Shown: piece by piece, positions 11,801 to 26,800 of the stretch
How positions within the stretch are numbered: position 1 is the stretch's first letter
Layout of the letters: the number at the start of each line of letters is the position of its first letter
Source of the DNA: Camelus ferus
Taxonomy: Eukaryota
Length of the DNA: 64,000 bases
Direction: 5' to 3'
NCBI RefSeq assembly: GCF_009834535.1
Contig: NC_045696.1
Coordinates: 40,922,001-40,986,000 of the forward strand
Notes under the pieces: model-generated
Seen by the model: the letters and a program-made list of their open reading frames with translations, nothing else
The model's database searches: none
What the model was told of the DNA's origin: nothing
Program-made: the position numbers and the translations under genes

Positions 11801-14800
11801 ACAGAAAATCCCAGTGTTGGTGCCAGTTCTAATATCAGATTCTCACAGGTACATTCATGTATTTATTCATAGTTTATCATAAAACATCCTAAGGGAATTA
11901 CTTTAAGACAATACTCACTTGGAAGGGTAAGTTCAGGTATGTATGCTAACTGTTATCAGTCATTCCTTAAAAATGACTGATAAAAGGAAAAAAAGCAGCT
12001 ACAATCAATTGTTTTAAGGCAAATTCCATGGCAGAAATGGAAGGCTTGGTTATGTGGATTCCAGATCATGTTCAAACTTTAACTCTGAGAGTTTGCCAGC
12101 ACCTAAGCTCAAGGTTGAGTTCAGGAAAAAGGTTATGCTATATAACTGTATATAACTCTATATATAAATAAAAAGTTACTATATACAGTGAAGACCACAT
12201 CAGAAGCAGGACCAAAGGTTAGACATTGTAGTGTAAACAGACTTGTAATAATGCTAAGTACTGGTAAGAAGATGCTCAAGTAAGGCAAAACCTGTTTTGA
12301 AGTTAACACAATTAACAGAGAAATATGCAATTAGGAAACCTCTGCAAAAGAGTTGTTCCTGGTATTGGTTTCTTTGAAAGCTAGTCAGTGGCCTTTGCTC
12401 TTTCAGCTGCTTATAGAAATCTGCACCAAAAAAGCCCTTCTGAATTTCATCTCAGTGATGAGGATGCTGCTGTCACTTTCTGATTTGTTCCTAATTAAAT
12501 ATAAAGTCTAAACCCAAGTGGGCCTACTCAATACAAATATCATACAATTATAATGTGCATTTATCCTATTTCAACTTCTATACATTCTATAAAATTTTAT
12601 ATAGTACATGCTTTCACAATTAATTAATTGAGCATGCAGTCAGCAACCAACGTTTCATCTTTCTATTATCGTCATTCTGTCTAGGAATTATATGAACAAA
12701 GACTGAATAGATGAGATTTCAAACTGAGGTTAAAGAACTCCTGGGTTGTACTTCATACTTCAGAATTTCAACCCCTAATAATGTAGTAATGTGTAGGCCT
12801 TTGAAAGAACAGATCCAACAGAAATCAATCTTTTCAAAGTCCCTCTCAATAAGCCCTCAAAAAGTTTCTCTATGGAACTTTTCTTATAACTTCACTAAAG
12901 ATAGCATAAAGAAATTAAGATAGAAAATATATAGATGGAGTTTTGAGATGGCTGGTTTCTCAAAAAGCAGCTTTCAACTTAGACTTAAAGAAAACAGTCA
13001 TTCAGAGATCATTTAGTTAGAGGAAAAACTCTAACTGTGGCTAGAAGAAGCTAATCATTTTCAATGGATGACTTAAAGTTTTCAAAGACCAGACTACAAT
13101 TAAAAAGTGAAAATAATTCAAATTCAAATCCTACTTCCCATAGCTTCAATCCTAAACTAAGGAAAGCCTCAAGAATTTTAGACAAATTACAGAGAAATTA
13201 AAATGAGTGGTTACAGACTCTCTAACCATTTAAAGGAATAGTGAACAAATACAAAGAAAACCCTTACCAAGGACACTTTCCCCACCAATTACATATAGTA
13301 CATTTTCCTAAGGTAATTTAAACTGGCAAATCCAATCCAAATGAAAACATGAGGGAAATACTCTATTTAAGCTTCCCCATGTTGAGTTTAGGGCCATGGT
13401 TTTCAAACTGTATAACAGAGTAGGCCTTCTCAAGGTGATTCAGGACCATCCTGGGGACCAGGAGAAACAAAGCAAGAACAAAGCCATCTGCTTCCACAGA
13501 AGCTGTAACCAAGGAAGCACTGTTTTCTGATTTCTATCCTAAGAGTCAACATATGAATGCAGCTCTTTAAAAACGGACTGGAAACTGAAAAAATTTGAAA
13601 AATGACACTTACCTGGGCATATAATGCATAGCCTTCAGCACACCTTGGAAATTTCTTTATAACCTCTTCAAAACCTTTCATAGCTGCTTGGATTTGCGAA
13701 GAATTGTTTCCCGTATATGCCTGGCGATACTGTGTAAAAAATCAAAACAGGCCTGTCAAATCAAGAACTCAAAAGCTCAGGAAATGTTAACCTATTATAA
13801 AAGTCACACAAAATTACATAAATATTTCCAGAAAAGCTGGCAATCTGCTAAAATAATTTGCTGCATCTAAAAGGGTTCCACAGAAATACCTCTGGAGTAG
13901 GGATCCAAAGACTACGTACAAGTAGCACTTCACTGCCACGCTACAACTTCAAGGTGCTCAGTACTCTAGAAGCCAGACTAACTTGTCAGAAGTTAGCTTT
14001 ACATATAAGGAAGGGAATTTTAAATCCAGTATAATTTATTATCACTTTACTAAAAATGTTATAAAGCTCCATCATCTAATAACATTTTTCGTCAATACTA
14101 TGTATGTGTTTGTGACCTGACTTCTTTCTTTAGGAGGGAAATTCTTTTAGGACTCAAGCTATAGGGCTAACTGGAAGTATCTCATTATTTCATTAGAAAT
14201 GGCCTTATTTTACCTGATTTTCAGCTTTGTGTTTCTGAATATTAATAGCTCTACAAATGCAAAATGAGAGATGAGTTATGTGGTTCTCTGTACTGGTTTA
14301 TGATAGAGAAGTAGGGAGAACAGTGCTGTTTAGGGGGGCATAAAATCAGGGACAAACACCTATCAACATGAATTTAAATAAAACATCCAGAGAAATAGAG
14401 GAGCAGTACCTTAAGTAGCATATACACTTCTATTTCCCTAAACGGACATATTTTTCTACCTGTTAGTCATCCTTTGGGGAAAACAGATGATTCTGAAGGC
14501 AATGAGATACTCATTTTTGTTAACAATGGGAAATACCGACGTTCAGGAAAATACAAAAGAAAGGAGAACCTACCAATGCAAAACATTTCTGAGCTTGTGC
14601 CAGAGCAGACTCAGGTCTTAATCTAATACATTCATCAAAATCTGCCACTGCTTCTTCAACTTGATCAAGCAGTATTTTCAGCTAAGGAAAAGAAATACAT
14701 AAATAAACGCAGTTCAAAATAGTAACTATACCAGTTAAGTATGTCCCGTGTCTCTTATTACAGCTCAGCATAATGCTAAGCATGAAATTATTCAATATTG

Positions 14801-17800
14801 AATTAGTTTCTAGAAATAATGAACTAGAAAGATCTTCTAATTTTAAAGGAAAGATTCTAAAACTTAAAACGAGTGTCTAGTTTTTTAAAAAGCACTATAA
14901 ACCTACTATTTTTGATCACTGTTAAATGATTTCTCTTCTAGAAAATGAAATATCTCTGTACTTCAAAACTTCAAAGTAGATCAAACATTAGATAATAACC
15001 TTTCAAATTAATCTTAAGGTACTACCAGTAAGGATCAAAATATCAAGAATTTTACGATTTTCGCAACACTTCTTAAGACCCATCAGACAGAAATATTAGG
15101 TAAAATTCTCCGTTAGAGAGAACTTGAGCTTTTCTGTCATTATATGGATTAGCCCATACTTCCCACTCTAATGCATTCCAAGAAGCCATGTCAAACAAGC
15201 AAATTATAAAGCCATGTTTTCTCCAGATGAGGCTGAAACTGGGAACTGTTTTCTTCACTACATATTTTTACTAAAAGAAAATATGCATGTTATAAAACTC
15301 CATTCAGAAGATTTTTGTGGTACTGTCTGGATCGTCCAGGTTAATACTTCCTTACAGCAAGAAGCCTACAAAAATCATTCTGTTGATTCTAGCATTAACT
15401 CAAAATGCTCACTACATTTTTAATGTTTTACTCATTGAAAACCTATGAACCAGAATCATCTGAAAAACAAACTTGAACCGGCAAGCCAACATTTATGGCC
15501 ATCCTCTTCTCTCTCTCTCTCTCTTTTTTTTTTAATGGAAATACCAAAATTATAAGGACAAATGTTCAAGATGGGACTAAATAAATGCCAACCCAAACTG
15601 TAAATCACTGTAATACTTTGTTCACAGCTATTGGAAGTGATATGAGAAAACGTCGACATTCTCAAAAATGACATCAAATTTCTCAATTCAAAGATCAGAA
15701 TTCTTGATAAGAAAATTAATTTACCTGTCCTCGGTGGTGATAAACATCTGCATTTTGAGGATCAATGTCGGCAGCCATGTTAAAATCCTGAGTGGACAGC
15801 AAAGGCTGCTGCTGCTGCATGTACATGCTGCCTCTTTTGATGAGAGCATTTGCTCGAAGCTATATGCCGAAAATAAGACAAGATTCATTGCTACTACTTT
15901 GTATTCTAATTTAGTTTTTTTTAAATAACAGCTTTGTTGAGATTTAATTCACATACCATAAAGCGAACCCCTTAAAAAGTATATAAGCCAGTCATTTTAA
16001 GTATATTCAGGATTGTGTAACCATTACCACTATCTAATTCTAGAACATATTCACCACCCCCAAAAGAAACCTCATACAAATTAGCAGGCACTGCCTATTT
16101 CTCTCCTAATCCTCAGTCCCTGGAAACCATCAATGTACTTACTATTTCTATGGTTTTGTATATTCTAGACATTTCATATAAATGGAATTGTATATCATGA
16201 GGTCTTTTTGTGTCTGACTTCTCTCACATAGCATAATGTTTTCAAGGTTCATCTATCTTGTAGCATGTAACAGTATGTCATTATTTTAAATGGCTGAATA
16301 ATATTCCACTGTACAGACATATCACATTTTATTTATCTGTTCATCAGGTGATGAACATTTGAGCTGCTTCTATGTTTTGGCTATTATGAATAATGCTGCT
16401 ATGAACTCTCATGTATAAGCTTTTTGTATTGACATTATGTATTCAATTCTCTTGAGTATATTATACCTAGGAGAAGAATTGCTGGGTCACACAGTAACTC
16501 TATGTTCAACCTTTTGAGGAATTCCCAGACTAGTTTCCAAAAAGACTTTACCATTTTATAGTCTTACCAGCAATGCATAAGAGTTCCAATTTCTCCACGT
16601 CTACACCAATACTTTTAATTGTTCAATTTTCTGATTATAGCTATTCTAGTGGGTATAAAGTGATACATCATTGAGACTTTGATTTACATTTCCAAATGGC
16701 TAATGATGCTAAGCATCTTTTCATATTCTTATTGACCAGTTGTACATATTCTTTGGAGAAATTCAGATCCTTTGCCTATTTTTATATTAGGCTGACTTTT
16801 TATTGTTGAGTTGTAAGAAGAGTTCTTTAATATATTCAGGATACAAGCCCCTTATCTGATTTATGATTTGTGAATATTTTCTCCCATTCTGTGGAATGTG
16901 TTTTCCTTTCTTTTTTTTTTTTTTGGTCATGTGTGCTTTTGATGTCCTACCTAAGGAAACACTGCTTAATCTAAAGTATTGAAGATTTCTTCCTATATTT
17001 TCTTCTGCAAGTCTTATAGTTTTGGCTCTTATGTTTAGGTCTCTGATCCATTTTGAGCTAATTTTTGTACGTGGCATATGACAGGCATCATTACAATTTG
17101 GCATTAAAACAAAAAGCCATGATCATGAAATAAGAAACAGGATTCTTCCCCCAAATTTTTTTCAAGGCAAAAGTATGTACAAATGTCTTCTTCAATGAAA
17201 CAAACAAGACTGCCCCACAATGAGAACAAAAACATGTAATAACATATTTTCAATCAGCAGGAAAATCAGCAGGAAATAAAGATAATTATTACCAGGGTAA
17301 CTTCAACTCAAAAGTCTCACCAATTTGAAAGGAACTTTCAACAAATACTTAAATACTTTTGTTTAAAAGAAGTTAATTTGCTAACAAATACTTAGGGCTT
17401 AAAAACTCATTTTCCATAAAATACATGAATGATTCATTTGGAGGTGAACAAAACCAGAGTTCATTTAATTCAGTGAGGAACCAGAGATTTTAACTAACTA
17501 GCAAGGAATATAGTCAATTGGTGGCTAAACTCTGCTTCTGTTACACCGAGTAGAAAGCTTATATAATTCAACAGACCCTCCACCAAATCTTAATTATGAA
17601 AATAACTACATACACATAAGAACACTTAGAAAATGAAAAGCTGTTCCAACCATACAAATGCAAAAAATTTTTGGTATATTTCAATATATTTCTATATCAT
17701 ATTTTTTAGGACCTGTTTTTTCCTCATGTAACATAAAATCTTTCAGAATATATTAAATGTGTTCCTTTTATTAAATTCATTTTATAGCCTTGTACTGCAT

Positions 17801-20800
17801 ATCGCATATTATTTACAATATTACCTATAACAGCACTACTATATATTACCTATAACAGCACCCCTACCCTTACCTAAATACAGGCCAATACTGCAGGCAG
17901 AAGATATGTGGGGAACCTGAAGCAACCAGACGCTACAGGAAAAAAACCCTTTCCCAGGTGAAGATAACTATCACTGATGCTTGTTGTAGTTTGACTGCAC
18001 CAACTCTGTCATCTAGTTGTAGTTCCTTCCAAGTCAAAAATAATCTTTTGGAGAATGGCAACTGAAATGCCAAAAATTTGGCAAAACATATATAAATGTC
18101 TCATTTTTATTACTAATTTTCTCACATTCACATACACACAGTTTTAAATGTACCTTCACATTAGCTTCTTTCAAGCTGATGACCTTATCTAAATCTGGTT
18201 TGGCCGCGTTGGCGTTGCCAATAAGCAGGTAGAAGGTAGCTCGTAGTAATAATGCTTCTGCCATGTATTTGCCTTGAGCATCTATTTCTTTTGAGCATTC
18301 ACTTATGATTTTATCATAGTTTTCTTCTTCCATATACTGTTTGGCCTTTAAATATCCAGAACTGAAAATAAAATGAGCAAAGAAAATTACTAACAAATTT
18401 TATTATTTATTACTAGTAGACTGAGCATAAAAAATTACTAAGGAAGGATCAAATGCTAAAACTTGCCACATTTAGTATACCTGAGTTAAGAAGTCATCCT
18501 TATCCCCTTAACAAGCTAACCAGCCAGTGTGGGACTGGAGTGGAGCAGGGGGTAACAGATTAGGATTTTTGATGCAGACTGGGATTTTCTTGCTGCCTAG
18601 GAAAGAGTTTTTAAAAAGGCAACAGCAGAGAAAATGGCAGAAACCTTAGGTTATTACCTAGGCTTCAACATCTAGATACATGAAAAGATGAGCTAATGAC
18701 AGACTGATATGCAGCACAGGGAAAGATCCTGTCTTATTCACCTACTTATCTGTGGCACACTGATGGCACTCAACAGTTACTTTATGACTAACAGAAAGAA
18801 CAGAGAAATAGAAAACAATCAAGTGAGTTTAGGGTCACAGAGCCCAAGGGAGGAAGTGTGACCCAAATTGTACTTTGTAAAGATCACTCTGGCTGTGTTG
18901 TGGAAAACGGGCTGCAAGGGAGCAAGAACTGGAGGCAGGGAAATATATGAAAGGCTCTCATCCCAAAGTTGTGCTGTTTCACCTAAAAGAACAGACCTAG
19001 AATGAACAGGTGGAAATATTAAAGCAGCAAACTTAAAGGAATACTCTTCCATCAAATAGGACTTAAAGAAAATACTTTTTAAAAAGTAGTGACCATGATA
19101 GCATCACTCTTATAAGATGACGACTTTTATTGATGATGCTTGTAAAAGGAATTTTTTTAACTGAAAAGGAATTTACACTAGACGACCTTTAAGGGGTCTT
19201 ACAAATATAAGACACTGTAAATTACATTTTCTCATTTCATTTGCTACATATTCTGAATGGAGAAAACTGGCAAGTGACTTAAAAGTTATGCCAGCCAAAA
19301 TCTTATAAACTCTGTGCTAACCTTTTCTATAATTACATTCTAATATTCCCTGCACTCTAGTATTATTCCTCAGGTCACCAAGGTAAGACAAAATAATTAT
19401 TGTCAGATTGGAAGTAGTAAAAGTTCCTATTTATTGAGAACCTAAGGGTTAGATGCTCACAAACATGACCTCTAAACCTCACAATAAACCTCAAAGGTAA
19501 TTATGAAGCCCCATTTGAAAAATGATGAAGCTAAGGCTCAGAGTACAATGGAATTCAAAAACTTCAGTCCAGTTCTAATTAGTGTTCTGGTGAGAGATAG
19601 CTATGTCCTGCCACCTCTCAACATAGCTTTTAGAATAATGGTATTAACTTCATTGCAGTTTTTCTGGAACAAGGACTATTTCCTAACCAGAAGAGGCAAT
19701 TATTGGCATCATCTTAAACACTTACTTTATATCCACAATTTTCTAAAGAGATTGCTTATCAACTAACTCAAGTTTGAACATCTTGTCACAGTTATGCATA
19801 TCTTCCTTTAAAAGGTGGCCAACAATGGTAGAAAAATTGGGAGATACAAATCAAAAACAATCTTTTTCCTTAAGCCTTCCAATATGCTACAGATGCAAAA
19901 ATTATGCTTTGCTATGGGAATAGTATTCCCTTTTCTTCCAAACTCATTAGAAAATGTCATGTTGGCAATAATGCTGTACCTTCTCTTAGAGAGGAGAGTT
20001 AGCCTCAACAGCAAAATAAAAGTACTGGATAAATATAAATGGATAAGCAGGCTGGATGGCTTATATATTATATTTTATCACTTGAGCTCCAGTTATAAAC
20101 ATAGCATCTTTTACTTCGGTTTCAACTCTCCACAGGAGCAAACACAAACCCAAATGGCATTTTCCTGGGCAAGGAGAAAAAACCTTGAAGAAAGGCACTC
20201 TTTTCAGCACTCCTAAAAACTAGAAATTATGAACTTCCTTGCACTAAGACATCTGGATATTGAGCTACACAATCATTTTTAAGTTAGTGCCCCTATTCAA
20301 ATACAATCAATCGCTTGACTCACTGGGAGTCCTCTTGGGAATATCACGTGGGACCTTAAAAGCAGGGCAGACTCTTGGCAGTAAAACCTTGAGTCACCAG
20401 TGATGTAACAGACATGTGTGAGAAAAGAAGTATTTTTATTACTATATCATTATTATATAATTTTATTATATTTATATCTACCTATGAATAGATTATTTGG
20501 GAGATGACTCAGAGTCCCACTCTGGCTCTATGGCAGCAAAAAACTCCCACTATACCCCCCTCCCCCAAAACATTAAGCAGATACCATGCTCAACACACTT
20601 ACTTTTCTTTCACTTCTAGAGCCTCCCCTTCCTTGTCTTTATCTTCATCAGACTTCTCTCCTTTAAGCATTGGCTGAGAAATTATATCATCCGTGAAAGA
20701 ACTGAAGTAAGATTTGATAAACTGCGGAGATGGCATCAGAGGTTCACGATTCTGTGATTTAATCATATTTAAATATATCAAAATAGAAAACACTAACCAA

Positions 20801-23800
20801 AGAAGCAGGTACATTTGTAGACGACTGAGAACCACTGTCATAAAAAATGAGAATCTCATTTTCAAATAACTGAAGAATATCAGGCTCCAAACCATAGGGA
20901 AATAGGCAGTGGAAATGGTAAAGCTGCCAGTCCCAGCTGTTCAAAGTAGGTTTTAAATGAGAGCCTTTCCCCTCTCCAGAGATGAAAAATGTCAAGGACT
21001 CTCAGAACCACTCACTAAAAGAAGGTGAAATCTGGAACACAGGAGGCAGGTAACTGCTATGTTATCTCCTTCTGGTTCCCGTCCTAGAAGAGTACCATCT
21101 CCATTTACTACTCAAGACCATGCCTTACACAGGTGCTAAAATGTTAAGTCCATTTACCACAGGCTTTCATTTGTCCTCAACTTGTCTTGCAACTGAAGAT
21201 CTCCATTACAGTAAATGCCACTGAAAGTCAGAATAAAATCACATTTCCTGTTTTAATTACAACTTTTTCACATGGCAACCTGATTCATAATTGTAGAAGT
21301 ATTTTGTTTCTTCTTATTATATTTAAGATGATAAAGTTTTAAAGGAACAGGGAAGAGGGACTAACATAGCCAAAGGGCTCTCATAACATATTTTGGATCC
21401 TTTATCTACAAAATTCAACCCAAAGATTTTAGAATGGAAATATGATATTCTAAGCTGTATGTATAACAAATACCCATTCTGTTATTTTGGTAGATTTAAT
21501 GTCTTTGTATTTGAAGGAGGAAAAAATAAGGGAATCTGGCTTTGTAAGTAAATGACCTACTCTAAGATAGATGAAACTGGAAAAGAAGAAAACCGAATAG
21601 GAACCCTAACAGAAAACCCATATTTTTGTGCTCTCCCTGGGAAAAGATTCAATGTGTCTTAAATAAGGATTATATAAATAAAAACTATTTTAAGTCAAAT
21701 AATCACCCACCAACTGATAGAAATATGCCTAATTTTAAGTATTTCACTAAAGACTCTGAGTAGGAATATATAAATGGCAATCATTTACCACTTCAGGGAA
21801 AAAGTTTAAATAGAAATTTAAATAGCACTTACTGAAGCTGAGTAAATCAATAATGTCTTTTAGTTTCCTATTTCAGCTTAGAAATGAAGCTACCACTTCC
21901 CTTTCACACAGAGTTACATATTAATTTAAAATGAAAACAATATTTTACTCGTAATGGACTTAAGCATCAAAGGAACAAGATACAAATTCTAGCTCTGCCA
22001 CTTATTACGTAAGTGACCTTGCACATGTCACTCTCAGTTTTCTCATCTCTAAAATAGCAATAAAAATAATGGCATTATTCATCTTATAGGGTTATTATAA
22101 AAATAAAAATAAAATGGAAAGTATCTTGCAAATTACAAAGTGGAATACAAACAGACTAGAAAATATGTGGAAACTAATTTGGAATCTATGTAAATGTAGG
22201 TTATCTTATACTTACTACTCTTCAGTCAAACCAGTATAATTACCCAACAATAGCACTGCATAAGTATACACGAGGAAACTAGGTTTCTTAAAGGTTCAAT
22301 TTGTGAGATTCTAACATGATATTTTGCAAAATGTTTTGAGGAGCACCAGTTCTCTAAGATGCTGAAGGGAAGAAAAAAGTTTCCGTAGTTAAAGAGACTG
22401 AGAACCACTATAGCTATATTCCTCTTTGAGATTCACAACACATACTAGCACATCAAAATCCTGCAGTGAAGAAACCTGTTTTAACTGTTTAACTCAGCTA
22501 ATATTCAGAAATGTAAAATTAAAAATACAAAGATACTATTAAAATCTATTTAAGAGAAAAGCAAGTTATTATTAAAGAAAAAAGGAACAATTGCCTTGAT
22601 ATTATAAAATTTAACAGAAAATCTCTAGTGATGTTTAGTGATGCCTGTGGTACTCCCACAGCCCTCTACTTATATCCCTCCATGCCACTTCACTGTATTA
22701 TGCCTTTTACACTTATTAATGTCTTTCTCATTAAACTGTAATTCTTTAAGGGCAAGGACTATGTCTTTGACCTCACCCTTCTAAAATGCCCACTTTGGAG
22801 CTATGTTCAATAAATCCTTCTTGAATTAAACCACCTACTACTAGCTGTGTAAAACCAATGCCAGTTTATACAGTATGCCTTTTAAAACTTTAATGGACAT
22901 GGGCTGGCAGATTTTTTCTGTAAAAGCTCAGATATGCCATACAGTCTCTGTCACAACCACTCCACTCTGCTGTTGTAGCTTAAAAGCAGCCAAAAACAGT
23001 ATGTGAATGGCTAAGTTCCAATAAAACATTATTGGGATGTTATTTATAAAAACACGTGGTAGACTAGATTTGGCCCATAAGCCACTGTTTGGCAACCTCT
23101 AATACATATGACTTCTTTCAATATTCTCCACGTACAACACTGGACATAGTCTACATTCTCATTTTAAAAAGATAAGCCACAAAAGCCCAAGATTACAGGA
23201 AAAATAAATATAATTCAGATCTAATTTCACCTGTTACCATCATGCCCAAGTTTAACAGTATAAATTAGAAATGATCATTCACAATGTATCCTCCATCTAT
23301 TAACCATCTCAGATTAATTTACCTTGTATTTTTCTTTGGCTTTCTCTTTTCCAAGAAGTTTAAGAACTTTATCAGCTAAGAGCATGCTTTGTTGATTTTG
23401 GAAACCTTCTAATATACACACAGCAGTGACATCTAGAAATGGTGGAAAAAACAAAAGTGTGAAATTACTGCAGAGATGATTAGCAATATCAAATGGGTTC
23501 AATGTTACCACAGAAAGCCAGACTAAATTCATAGCCTTATGTGGCTGTCAATTTCATTTCCAATAAACTGATTCTTAACACTTTATAGTTTTATACACTC
23601 TATGACCAAACTCAAAGTTCAGAAAGTCACCCCACTTCTCTGGGATTCACTTGCCTCACTTGTGAAATGAAAGAGACTATACTGCATGATTTGTGATGTT
23701 TCTCACCACTCTAGCATTGTACACAGTAAATAAAACAGGTAATCCAGGAATATTCTCTTCTGACCAGTAAGTAAAGGCCAAATCAACATAATGTGGTTCT

Positions 23801-26800
23801 CTCAAGTCTGGTCTTTTTTTTTTTTTTTTTTTTTGTATGCCTCAGGGTTAGGGTTAGTAAGCCTTGTCTCCAAAGACATCCTGTCCACAGAGCTGTCAAT
23901 TAAATCTGCTTCAAAATACCATTTTAATCTGGCTATGCGACAGCTCAATATAGAGTGATTTGAAATTTAAAAGATCAGTGTTTCCTTAACTTCTCAACTT
24001 TTCATTCAAAGTACGCAACAATGGCTGTCCCCTCTCTTTCTGAACTCAGTTTCTCACTATTCCACATCCTTGCTCCTCCAAACAAGTCAGTCTGCTGTCT
24101 GTTCCCCTGGTCATCTGGCTAGTGCCAATGTCAACGACTTTTTCCCATCCCATTTCTCCTATCTAAAATCCACTTAAACTCTTCTCTACAATTATCTCTT
24201 AATAATTTCAAGGTCTGGTTCAAAACTCAGAATTCTCTTTTCCAAAGCAACATTCCTTCCACCCACCACCAAAGTGCAATGTTCTTCGTTATTCTCTAAA
24301 ATGCTCCAAAATATTCTCTAAACCACTCTCACTTGGTAATCCAGATTTTTAAAAATAAATAAATAAAACAGCCTTTTCCTTTTAAATAATAATGTTATTA
24401 AAATAATTACAGATAAATTTCTGATTATTGATGCTTTTAAAGCAGATTTAAATATGCAGCAGAAAGCATGTTTAGACTGTTGAAATCGTATTTTGGTTTA
24501 GCTCCACATCACCTAGAAGAATGTACTTTAAAAGCCAGTAATTAGCCAATACCCTAATTGAGTTTTGGCAGCAGATACAACCAGTTAGAGACCAAGGAAT
24601 ATTTACAGTATTTACTGAGAATGGCAAAATCACTTGATGCTTTGTATCAATTACATAATTCCTAATTGAGTATACAATAATGTTTGAAAATGCCAAAAGC
24701 AAAAAACAAATGTTTTCTTTAATGATCTACCTCAAAATTATTTCATATTTATATAGGATATTAACTGAAAATACGCAGAAACCTAGAAACAGTATCACTC
24801 ACTAAAACCTCTTTTCTGATTTCTTATTCATGAAATTACACCGATGCTCATTAACTGCCAAGTTTAAAATGTGTGGTATATAAACCATTTAATTCCAAAC
24901 TCTAAATCATTTAATTCCATAGCTGGGAACAGAGACAGTGCTCAAGTATCAGCAATCTCAATTTAAACTAGAAAACAAAGTCTCAACTGGGGAAGAGTCA
25001 AGCTTAAATAAAACTGACTTCTCTACTCAGAGGCAGTTTCATATAAATTTACCAACGAATACACAGCCTTTAGTAACTTTCATATGTAAACACAAAAACA
25101 CCCTCACCTTCTAAACATTCCTTCTTATTGTCTAGCTTCTCGTGGGCTTTTGCACGTCTAAAGAGAGCTTTCACATATTTGGGATTTAGTTCAACAGCCT
25201 TTGTACAATCTTGTGCCACCTCTTTCCATTTTTGCTGTAATTGAAAGTATTAAAAAAAAGTCACACTAAAGGAAGCACTGTTCAACAGGAATCAGTTTTC
25301 TAAACTTAAAAGGACAAGTATTAAGAGTCCCACAAAAGGAAAAAATATTCCCAATTCATACAAAGAATTAATACCCACATACATTATAATAGCTCATATA
25401 AATAACTGTAGTAGAGATAAGCAACCTGATTTTTTTTACAATAGGTAAAGGACATACTTAAGCCATCTTTCTACCACCAAATCTATAAACCTACCTGCAT
25501 CTATATGATCATACCATCTCCTTCTGTGAAAACTAAGGAAGCAACCCTCTTCATTAAAGGCCAACCCTCCACTTGTGATATGGATCCACACTCCCCCCAC
25601 TTCAAGGACTTCACTGCTTAGCTACCCTGTCTCTGCATCAAATTGCTTCTCTACTGAATTATTACAATGAGCATAAAAACACCTGCTTTAGTATTTTCCA
25701 TCTTTTAAAAACCCTCCTTTGATTCCGTAATTCCCTGCAGTTATTATCCTGTTTCTCAGCTCCTCTTTATTGCCAAACCTCGAAGGAGTTGCCACTCGAT
25801 TTTACCTACCTCACTGCTCCTTCTCAATTTCCGTAGCTGACGCCTCCCCTCTACCTGCTTTCTACATGCTGGAATGCTCAAGGACTCATCCCTTCTCTCC
25901 TAGGATCACATCTATTGTCCTGGTAGTATATAATATCTAAACCTAGATGACTCCCAAATTTCCTCTTTAACCCAAACCACTCTCCTAAAATAGCGACATT
26001 TCTCAATTCAACTGTCTACTTAGTTGCCTCACTCCTTCACTCCACTACTATTAAAACTCCTGCTTCTCCTCACTCTTGACATCTAATGAACAGCAAGTTC
26101 TGTTGGTCTTCAGCTTTCCTCCATGTCTCACCTAGGTAACTACAACATCCTTCCTTATTCCCTGCCTCCACTCTTGTCTCCCTCAATATATTCTTGACAG
26201 AACAGTGGGAACAATTTTAGATGATGTTCCTGCCCTATTTAAAATCCTTAAACAGTTCCCATTACACTCAGAATCAAATCCAAATTTCTTACCATTGTAA
26301 GGCTTTGCCTGATCTGGCCCCTGCTACCTCTCCAACTTCATCTCTCTATACCCCAGGGTCCTTTAAACATACTTTTTTAATCATGCCAAACTCTTGCCTG
26401 CCTCAGAGCAATTACATAGACTGTATCCTCTATTTGTAACACTCTATTCTCCACTATTTTATGCACCAACCCCAGTCATTCCTCTATTATAGAATCAAAG
26501 CATTTATCAAAGTGTCATTTAATATTTCACTGTTTAGAGATTCTTGAGTTCTATGCATAACTGTTTGCTTTTATAGACCTAGCTCCTACTATAGTGCCTT
26601 CCATATATGAGACAGTCAATAAAATTTGGTTGAACAAAAAATGCAGAAAATACCAATGTCCAATAAACACAGAAAAAGATGGTCCACTTCACCAATATCT
26701 CAAAAAGTGCAAATTAAAACAATAAGAGTACTTTTCTACCAGAGTGGCAAATATTAAGATTGATAATACACATAGTCAGTGAGATACCAGAAAACAAGCA

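Noticed and set aside
12450..12485. C-box GTGATGA and D-box CTGA (snoRNA-like); also GTGATGA near 10010
   Set aside because: Antisense to the host gene; the boxes are too close together at 12450 and no D box follows the one near 10010.
19815..20216. 133-aa plus-strand ORF in intron 5
   Set aside because: GTG start, no recognisable homology, AT-rich intronic composition.
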